NCBI GenBank assembly: GCA_965649765.1
Contig: OZ287759.1
Span: 24,614,001 to 24,678,000, forward strand
Source of the DNA: Bispira polyomma
Taxonomy: Eukaryota
DNA length: 64,000 nt
Direction: 5' to 3'
In this document: positions 54,060-64,000 of the stretch, piece after piece
Layout of the letters: each line of letters opens with the position of its first letter
How positions within the stretch are numbered: the first letter of the stretch is position 1
Program-made: the position numbers and the translations under genes
The notes under the pieces: model-generated
Told to the model about the DNA's origin: nothing
Seen by the model: the letters and a program-made list of their open reading frames with translations, nothing else
Databases searched by the model: none

Positions 54060-54720
54060 AGTGCTTCGTCTCTGAAACTACAAGTGCTGCAGACTTCCTG
54101 ATTTTTTACAAGTACCTTGGGGCCCCGAGAATGAAAATTTGTTTATGGCATCTAGATCAGGTTATCACCTGGGTCTACAAAAATTTTGATTTTTCCTTTT
54201 TCTCTTTCCTACAAACAGCACTTTCTTTGACAATCTTCTTCTCCAAAACCGCTACATAGATATTAAAACTCATTTTTAGGTGTTATGAATTTTTTAAACT
54301 TTTGAATTTTTGTATAGATTGCCGTGAAAACATAAACGTCTAATATCTCTCAAAAGGTGCGAGATTTAGACCTAATTTTTAGCCCAAGGGGCATCTTGTT
54401 CAGAGTCTAATTATAACAACTTTTCAGAAGTTCCCGATTTTGGCGACCATCTTGAATTTTCGTAAATTTTCTGGAAACATCAGTTATCTCAGAAACGGTG
54501 CAAGATAGAGCGATTTTGGCCTCATTTTCAGCTGACAGGTCATCTGGTTCAGGATCCATGTAAACTTTTTAGAAATTTTATGATTTTTGCAGCCATCCTA
54601 AATTGTCTTTTTAGGAAACGTCTGATATTTCAGAAACAATACGAGATAGAGAGATTTTAGCATAATTTTTTATCTCTTGGCTTGAAATCAAGGTCAAGTT
54701 GGGGTCATTATGTCATATCT
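54060..54720. repeat. Non-autonomous element with ~141-bp internal repeats
   Basis: tatctcagaaacggtgc.agataga-like motif at ~54343, 54485 and 54626. Confidence 0.6.
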
Positions 54721-56269
54721 TAAAAAGTATTACCGTTGTAAAATGAAATCTTCCCCCCATAAATACCCCCACTTGAAAATTCTCCCCCCATCTCTAGATG
54801 TCGTAGAAAGTTCAATGTATTTTTATTTATTACTTTTTTATTATGAAAATGTTTTGGATAAATCCTCATCACCTTTTGTTTCTAGAATACAGTATAATAA
54901 CAAAATTTTAAATTTGTAATAAATTGACTTTTTAAAAAACCTGTTTCAAACTAGAATATATTATCTTTAATATCATAAATGTTGTACCTGTAGGCCTTTT
55001 TTTCAGACAATTATATAAAATCAATTGCCTTGCTCACAATATTGTTAATTATTTAAATTTCTCAAGTACTCATTTTAACTTACACTTTCTCAGCTATTAC
55101 ATAGCATTATTATTTTTTGTAAAAAGTACCTCAAAGCATATTCATCTAGCTTCACGAATATGTAATCTGAATTTCTGTGTCACCTTATCCTATACTTACT
55201 GAGATATGAGCATTTGATCAATAACGTCCACTCTAAAAACATGCATTTTTAATAATTTTGGATATACCGTTCAAATCTAAAAATTTCATTTTATTTAAAT
55301 TAAATTTAAATTAAACTTTTCATAAGGTACATAATAACAGCTTTCTGGTGATACCAAAACAAAATCTTTATGCAAAGTATTAATTTTGATGCAGCCATTT
55401 CATCAATTAAATTTATCCGAAAAAATACATGATGTTTTGTGCGTATGTCAAAACTGCAGCCCTATAATCCAATCTCCATATTTTTGGTAAATATCCCTGT
55501 ACAGTCCAGTCAAAATAGTGATTGACTTAGGAATAATTGCAACAGAAAGTATTTTTGCAGCATACATTTACCAATAATAGCATATTAAAAATATAGGAAA
55601 ATTTAATAGATGTAAATCTATATATTTTCACATGCTTTAAAAAGGCTCATATTTTGACACAATGTACAACTGTGATGTAATAATTTTTAAGTGATGTCAT
55701 TATTATGTATTTATGCATCCAAATGACATTATAATCTGGTTTTGTGAGAGAGGGGAGTTATTTATGTTGTAATTATTCCTAGGTCAATAACTGTTTTGAT
55801 TGGACTATAATGTAGACATTCACATTCAAAACATAGTTACCCAGCCAGGATTCCACGATTGCCAGAATGTCAATTTCCTGATCAATAATAACATGATGCA
55901 AGAAAAGTGCCTTATTTTTCACCACGTGAAAAAGCAGCACTTTGCACTACTCTCATCACATCTGTGATCTGCTCCTGAAGGCTTATAGAAATCTGACATG
56001 TTGAACATATTCCCCCACAATAATTTTATACTAATTGTTTTCACATTCCCAAGGTGTAGAATTAATAATAAGCATCATATAAGGATATATAAGTTATCAG
56101 TTTTGTAACCGCACTTGTCAAGTGATCTAAGGTCACATCTAACATGGCAACCAAATTCATGTTGTAAGGTGCGAAAAGAATGCATGAAGCTGGGTAAGGT
56201 AGGGTAGGAAAAATTAGAGGGAAGACGGAACCAAGGAGGAGAGAGAACAGAAATATCACAGTCACTGCC

Positions 56270-59200
56270 GTCGGGCATGGCCAGTCAGTCGCGCAAATTT
56301 AGACTTTTACTGTACTCCCTGGTGACCAAGAGCATAGCGGTCGTTGGGGTTCAAAACTTTGTAATCAGCAATATAGGGCTATAGGGCCTATTCTTCACAT
56401 TGAAACCCAAAGTCTAAGAGTACACACGGCAAGGCGATAAAATTAATACACACCGCCATATTGAATTTTATGATACTTTATATATTTAACACAGTTTTTA
56501 GCTTAGTTTTTAAACATTTTACATTTTCAAGTGAACATTTGCGGGAATTATTAACTTTCACATACTGTGCGAGTCATGGAAACGCAAAATAAAAAGGATA
56601 ATGTTGTTTGTTCTCGATGCCCACAGCCGCACGAGAGACCAGTAGGTAATAGATGTACCAGGAATGTTTCCAGCGTTTCCAGCTTTCACAACATACTGGG
56701 AGTAATCAAAACTCCGCGAACAGAAATAGATGTTCTAGGAATGTTACCAGCATTTCCTCAGCAGAAGCAGAGACACACAAAGTCTTTTCACAGCATACTG
56801 TAAGTACACAAAGCGTGGCTACTTCCCCAGACAAATTGTCGCAATCTACAAATGAACTGTCGCATTCTACCAAAGACTCGTCTCATTTAACAAACGACTC
56901 GTCCTCTACCAATGACTTCCTCCAACAGTTTTGTTTACAACAGAAGCAAGTATTGGACACCATTTTGCAGTCTGTTCTTCTCTGCAGAAAGACGTGGACG
57001 TTTTAAAGGTCAAAGATCGGGACAGTGCTTCACAGGGTAATGTACAACTACTATCCTCACCTCAACAGTTACAAGCACAATCTTGTGATATACAGCAGCA
57101 GAAAACCACTACTTCAAAGCAAGGTAATGTGTCACAATTATTGCCTCTGTCGCAACAGTTATTATTACAGCAAAAAGTATTACCACAATCACAAGATCTA
57201 GTTTCACAGAAAAAGAGTGACATGGTTCACAGTACTCTGGCTGCTACAGTTATTCCACCCACCACTTTGGGTTTTGTAGATCCAACAGCACATCTAGGCC
57301 TGAACCAAGCGCTTCAGCCAAACCAGGTTGGTGACTTTCATCATGACATCTTGCCATCCACCGACGTTCTCAGGCAATCTGCTATTATTCAGAACGAGGT
57401 ATTGGCACGGTTGCAACAATATGAAACAGCAGCAGCACAGCAGTTGCTTCAGGGTAAGTCTCTGCTGAAGAGAAAGTCCGGGTGGTATAATGTTTCTGAC
57501 ACTTGCACATCTGATCCACTATTTAGATGGCCAAATGAGGGGTGTTTGTCGGGAATTAATAAGAAGAAAGTAGCGTATGACGACCTTACAGCAATTCAAT
57601 TTTCAGCCAGTCAGATAAAGAATATTTTGGAGGTTAAAAACACTCATGTAGCGCAAGCAATGCTTCGGCAGTTGGGTGATACTTTGAGGGATGCATCAAA
57701 CATATCTTGGCTGGTAGCTCGAGGTAGTTATGCAACCAACATGCATGACGTTGAGGAGGGTCGCCTCACGTGGTTGGATGAAACCAAATGGACCATAAAC
57801 AGATTGTCGTATTCGCAAGCTTTACTTTCTTCAAGTGCTACTAACAGCACAGCTCACACAGGAACTAAATCGAAAGTTCCTTGTCGCCATTACCAGCGCA
57901 ATCAGTGCAACCAAGACACTGACCACGAAAATGCCACTACGTTATTCAAACACATTTGTGCAAATTGCTTCCGCACCAGTCGCAGGGAGATGAAATGTTT
58001 TCGTTTACATGGTAAACCAGCAAATAGCAACACTCACACACAATAGGACGGGAGACGACTGACTGATAGCACAGCTTTAAAATTTTCTGAAATGCATGTT
58101 AGTCAAGGTAAACTAAAAGTTAATACTAGAAATGAACATAATTCAGATTTTAAATTAATTACTTTTGAAATGAACGATACTTTTAAATTTCTGAATAATG
58201 AAATTTTTTTTATTGTGAATGAGACAGATAACAAAAGTTCCAACAATGTCATCAGTAAAGACAGTAATGGTGTAATATGTTTTCGGACAAGCGATTATAC
58301 ACCAAGTGACAATATTGATCAAAAGGATGCAGGTAGGGGGAGTGTCACTACAGACAAACATACTCATTTAGAAGGTAATAATAGTAACATGTATACAACT
58401 GTTGAAATTAGTAATACAACTAGGGACTCATGTGATAAGAATGTTATGATTGAAAGTAAAGTTTTTTTTCAAATAAGAACATTTTGTGTGAAAAAACATT
58501 TGAGAACATTATGATGGAAGAAAAAATTGAGGACGTTATGGTTGAACGCATACAAATGTCAAATGAGAACATTATGAGTGAGCAAAAATTTAAGAACATT
58601 ATGATTGAACAAAAATTTTGTAATCAGGATGTACACTTGTATGTGGATAGTAACTTGAATGAGTCTGTTGTAGTGCATTCACCCTCAGTGTCCAATGTGG
58701 GTAAAGTTATTAAAAGAAATACCTTTAATGTTGATCAGCATATTAACACACATTTAACTTATGCTGATGTTTATATGAGTAGCAACAGCATGATGTATGG
58801 TAATGTATTCTATATTGTTGACAAGGAAATGATATTACAGGAAGCTCTTTGTTCTGTGGCCGATATTTGGCCAGTGTGTTATTTGTCTTCTATGACAGTA
58901 GTTATTATGACTGCTATTACTTCACCAAGAAAAGGTCAAAACAATAGCTTACAACACATCAACAACCGATAAACCCGGCAAAATTAGTACCTCCCAGTAA
59001 GAAAGTCTCCTGTATGGGAATCACTATAGATATCGAAAAGAGTACTTTAAGCATCGATGAAGACAAGCTGCTAGCTATACACAAAACATGTTTTGAATTT
59101 GAACATTTACCTACGATTAAAAAGAACAAATATCAATCTTTGCTCGGAAAGCTCCTTTACATTCATAAATGCATAAAGCATTTTAGAGATTTTCTCAACA

Positions 59201-60165
59201 GAATGCTTCAATTATTACGAGATCATACCAGTGCTAAACATGTTATATTGAATGAAGAATTTCGGAAAGATTTAAATTGGTTTAAAAGATTTTTAATTCA
59301 ATTTAATGGCACAACTTCGTTCGCGTATAAAGGTTTTGATCAACAGATTTTGTTGCAGGTAGACGCATGTTTGCAAGGCATAGGCGGTATCTCCTTGAAT
59401 GATGCATTTACTGCTCCAATACCCGATTGGTGCAGAGAAAACTTTTCTATCGTGCATTTCGAAATGTTGAGTGTTTTAGTGGCTTTTCGCTTATGGGCCC
59501 CAAAGTGGCGAGATAGTCATATTAGAATACAGTCAGATAATATTGCTGTGGTGTCAGTCATACGGTCGTCAAAAACTAGAGATTCAGTTTTGGCAGCTTG
59601 TTTAAGAAATTTGTGGCTAATTTGTGCTATATCAAATATTGAGATTACTATTGAACACCTTCCGGGAAAAAAGAATATTATTGCTGACACTTTGTCAAGA
59701 TGGCATGACTTAGGGGAACATACTAGTGACATTAAGACTTTACTATGTGATAGACTTAATATGTATGAAGTTTCTGTAGAGCACTTCATATTACAAAATG
59801 ACTTTTAATTGTAGGAACTTCAGACACGGTCAGACCTCTAGTAAGACAAGCTATGAAGAGATGGCAGACAATCATAGACCTCGGACAGGCAGACAGTACG
59901 ACAGTCAGATGAAGTTGTTTCTAGCCTTCACAGTTTGTTATAACATTCAGGACACCTTTGCTTTAGCAACAATATTATCTTTTTTGGAATATCTACATCA
60001 ATCTGGAATTTCATACAAGGTGGTCAACAATTATCTTGCAGCAATTAGATGTTATGAAAAGAAATATAACATCCAAGATTCTCAGTTATATGATCCAAGG
60101 ATTGTTTTTTTTCTAAAAGTCCCTGACGATTAATTCAATTTTTCAGCCTAAACCTAAAGGCATCT
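56270..60165 (+). mobile_element. Ngaro/DIRS-type YR retrotransposon, copy C (RT core deleted, YR 3'-truncated)
   Basis: gag 56576-58046 (CSRCPQPHERPVGNRC, WPNE, CRHYQRNQC..H..HICANC); RT C-terminus and RNase H 59014-59808 (DACLQGIG, HFEML, SDNIAVV, ADTLSR); YR N-terminal domain 59815-60133. Confidence 0.88.
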
Positions 60166-61059
60166 AGGGGTTAGATATACTATACTATAGATAACTCTAT
60201 ACTATGCTTTGTCATGTGTTATTCCTTAGCTCAAACATTACTGAAGGTACAAATTTAAAAAAAATATGCTGAGAAAGCTTACTTCATTGCAATTACTGTG
60301 TTTTTCATTGCATCAAAATCTGTTGAAAAACGGCTGTCAAAAGTTCAAATACAGTTACCCCTCCTTACTTTTGACTATGTTGGCAAGGACCTATACTCTA
60401 TAAATCCCTATTATCGCCCAAATGATTTATCTTAATAAATAAAACAAAATATTACAAATAATACCTTAGCTAATAAGTATTAATTTCCCAGTATAATTTA
60501 TATCAAAAGTACAACCAATAATGCTTACTGTTAATTTATTATCATCAAAATGGGTGGCTAATTTTATTATATATTTAAATTTACTAGTTTCGCATATTGA
60601 CTGTAACTTGTATATATATTTCAAAGAATATTTCAAAACAAGCAATGGTTTAATAATTGGAGTTGTAAACACATGGATATAGAAAGATAATGACCGATTC
60701 AGCTTATATTTTTTGGAATTGTTTTTATTTTTTTTCTCAATTTGTATCATGAATACAACCAACCTTCACTTATTATATGGAGGGATATGTTGTATACAAA
60801 ATAATGGAAGTTTTGTTCACATAAATATGAGATATTACCAGTCAAATATTAAGGATTTATGGGTGAATACATAGAAATAATTTCTTCCTAACACTATGTG
60901 GTTGAATAATTGAGATATATTTCAGGAATATTAGACACATCAGGTAAGTTCAATCTCATTTTATTACAGTTATACTCTGCCACTGAATCATGTGGAAATT
61001 ATTAATAGATTGAAATATATAGATAAAGTTTAACATATAACTGTATTGTTTCCTTACAT

Positions 61060-61175
61060 GAGTAAGGAAATATTAGTAAGCATTTTAACAATACCCCATG
61101 ATTAATCCGGTCAAATGCTTTGGAGGCATCAAGAAAGGTTAAAAATACACTGGTGCCATGAGCTTCATAGTAGTA
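61060..61175 (-). mobile_element. LINE RT fragment
   Basis: Minus strand reads VFLTFLDASKAFDRINHGVLLKCL. Confidence 0.8.
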
Positions 61176-62028
61176 CCTCTTTCAACTGTAAATACCATTT
61201 TATTTAAATATATAAAAAAGAAACAAGTCAATACAACACATTTATTTACAATTATCTGTAGCAATAGTCCTATATTGTTAGTTGTGTTTATTGAAGTAAA
61301 GCTGTAGAATCAATAGAGTTTAACAATGCACACATACATTTTCCCGGTCTTTGTAACAGTACATTATATACACATTTATGGTATTGTTAACATATATTGC
61401 ATTATGTTGGTCATGACACCAAATTAACCATTGTGTTGATGCATGTTTTTAATGATTGTCTTTTCATTACATATATACAAAATCATCAATAAATCAATTA
61501 TGATATTAATTCTTGTTATATCTTTCAAAGTGTGAGGAAAACACACTATATCTGTTGACAAAACAAGTTAATGTTTATTGAACTCCATAACATGAGGGAT
61601 TTAATTTAACTGATCTCCTATTAGTTAACAATAACTTGAATACATACCACTAAGATAATGTAGTCATTTTTTGCATACATACACAAACTTTATATTTAAC
61701 CTAGATGAACGAATTAATGCATGCAATTAATAATAAACATAGTATTATGCAATTTGAGAGGTTGAGTCTTTATTTGTATTTTCTACCTTACATTGCTTTT
61801 AATAACTTTGTATTATATATTGCGACAAGCAGTTCATTGCTGAAAAAGCCCATACAGGGTAGTTGGTGAATGTCTTCTGCATTGCAAATCATCAGTCTTT
61901 AGCAGGTCAACTACAATCTTTCGGACATACATACTGTGGACAGAGAATCGAACCCTGGGCCCACGATTGCAGAGGTGAGAGGTGAGTTTGAATCTGGTTG
62001 GGTTTTAGGTCACTGTCCACAGCTTGGG

Positions 62029-62810
62029 TGTTACATATAAGGACATTGTGGTATGTTAAAGCACTCTGCTAGAGTGATCTATTTATAGATTTGGGGAAGC
62101 CCCTAAGCTTCTAGAAGCTGTTTCTATTTTGTTGTTATTGAAGCTGTCCTTATTTGTTTACATCTTAATCTGGATCATTCTAGCAATTGTTCACATATTC
62201 TAGCAACCTTCTCTAGCAGTTGTATATATATATAAGGGTTGACAGCCTGGCCACAGACCAGAGTTAATTGAGTTGGTGTGCTATACGAACTGCTATATTG
62301 TGAAACATTATATTTCTTTTCCTGTGGATATAAACTGATTACTATATATGTTTTTGTGGTGAACTCATTGGAGTGAACTAGATAAAAGTTGTGGATCTAC
62401 CAGAGATTGGATTTACTGCATATTGGATATTGTTTGCATCCTGGACTGGATAGCTTAGTTGTGCAGACTCTCTGGATATAAACATTTTGTGTTTGTGGAC
62501 ACCGAACGGATAACAGGATACAGGCATTGTGTGGACACTGAACGGATCTCAAGACAGATTGCTGGATACAGTGGACAAACTTGTTTAATTGGTATTTATG
62601 TGGACAGGACTGTGGTCAGGTCAGATTGATTTCATTATTGTATTATTGTATGAACCATTAAGATTATCTTGGTTGACTGTAATTCTGTTATTCTGTGATT
62701 GTTATTTTATTTGTTAAATAAATTTGTTAAGTGAAACTTTTTTGTCTTTTCCTGTTACAACCTCAAAGCAACTGGTAATTGCTACTGCACTTGCTCCCGT
62801 GACCGTAACA
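62029..62810 (+). mobile_element. Solo LTR, 782 bp, inserted in a SINE
   Basis: TGTTAC...GTAACA termini; TSD TTGGG at 62024-62028 and 62811-62815; TATA-like tract at ~62223-62235; AATAAA at ~62717. Confidence 0.88.
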
Positions 62811-64000
62811 TTGGGTCATATCACCACGGCCAAATGTAATGGTGGAAGAAACCTGGGCCCGTATTCTCGAATATATACTCGGCTTAAACTCATACTCAAC
62901 TCAAATACAAGCCATGTTGAAATCATTGTACATGAAAATAACCTGTACTTGTGACCATTTATTTTAATAGAGCTTTCAACACTGAATTTAAATATGAAGT
63001 CAGATTTTAGATATGTTTACTGTATCTAGAGTTATACAGAATCCAGATTTGAGTTGAGTATGAGTTTGAGCTGAGTATACGTTCGAGAATATTTGTTTGC
63101 ATCTTAATCTGGATCATTCTAGCAATTGTTCACATATTCTAGCAACCTTCTCTAGCAGTTGTATATATATAAGGGTTGACAGCCTGGCCACAGACCAGAG
63201 TTAATTGAGTTGGTGTGCTATACGAACTGCTATATTGTCAAACATTTTATTTCTTTTCCTGTGGATATAAACTGATTACTATATATGTTTTTGTGGTGAA
63301 CTCATTGGAGTGAAATAGATAAAAGTTGTGGATCTACCAGAGATTGGATTTACTGCATATTGGATATTGTTTGCATCCTGGACTGGATAGCTTAGTTGTG
63401 CAGACTCTCTGGATATATACATTTTGTGTTTGTGGACACCAAACGGATAACAGGATACAGGCATTGTGTGGACACTGAACGGATCTCAAGACAGATTGCT
63501 GGATACAGTGGACAAACTTGTTTAATTGGTATTTATGTGGACAGGACTGTGGTCAGGTCAGATTGGTTTCATTATTGTATTATTGTATGAACCATTAAGA
63601 GTATCTTGGTTGACTGTAATTCTGTTATTCTGTGATTGTTATTTTATTTGTTAAATAAATTTGTTAAGTGAAACTTTTTGTCTTTTCCTGTTACAACCTC
63701 AAAGCAACTGGTAATTGCTACCGCGCTTGCTCCCATGACCGTAACATTGGGTCATATCACCACGGCCAAATGTAATGGTGGAATAAACCTGGGCCTGTAT
63801 TCTCGAACATATACTCGGCTTAAACTCATACTCAACTCAAATACAGGCCATGTTGAAATCATTGTACATGAAAATAACCTGTACTTGTGACCATTTATTT
63901 TAATAGAGCTTTCAACACTGAATTTAAATATGAAGTCAGATTTTAGATATGTTTACTGTATCTAGAGTTATACAGAATCCAGATTTGAGTTGAGTATGAG
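62152..64000 (+). repeat. Near-identical tandem duplication, period ~936-939 bp
   Basis: 62152-63090 repeats from 63091 to the window end with only scattered substitutions and small indels. Confidence 0.97.
62855..63091. mobile_element. MITE with ~45-bp TIRs; right end clipped by the duplication junction
   Basis: tattctcgaatatatactcggcttaaactcatactcaactcaaat pairs with atttgagttgagtatgagtttgagctgagtatacgttcgagaata. Related ends occur at ~32190 and 36727. Confidence 0.85.

Noticed and set aside
62029-63746. TRIM or full LTR element with two LTRs
   Set aside because: The TSD closes around the first LTR alone, the second is 5'-truncated with the same downstream flank, and no PBS or PPT was seen.
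1-64000. Uni-strand piRNA-cluster-like TE trap
   Set aside because: TE fragments occur on both strands with no clear bias; this cannot be supported without small-RNA data.

Overview
AT-rich, repeat-dense eukaryotic DNA, probably from an invertebrate; there are no prokaryotic features. It has four layers. (1) About 1-44 kb is an array of at least 6-7 decayed, intron-containing copies of one receptor gene, in both orientations. By-eye translation gives a signal peptide, an Ig-like exon, a WSxWS-like motif (GQYSQWS), several fibronectin type III repeats and a probable TM segment, i.e. a domeless/gp130-type class I cytokine receptor. (2) Three divergent, defective Ngaro/DIRS-type tyrosine-recombinase (YR) retrotransposons lie at about 3.1-8.3 kb (+), 18.4-23.8 kb (-) and 56.3-60.2 kb (+). 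They share expression signals: a phase-1 splice donor in gag matched to a phase-1 acceptor just before the YR ORF in all three, and an A_AAA_AAC + 6 nt + hairpin -1 frameshift cassette in two. (3) An apparently intact WBP1/VOPP1-family gene on the minus strand (47.6 to >52.7 kb) that the ORF track mostly misses, with a 17-nt microexon and a duplicated 42-nt candidate cassette exon. (4) Ordinary repeats: L2/CR1 and other LINE fragments, a pogo-like transposon relic, MITEs, SINEs, a solo LTR with a 5-bp TSD, minisatellites and a near-identical ~938-bp tandem duplication at the right end. All assignments come from manual translation and motif recognition, not database searches. Boundaries of decayed features are approximate.
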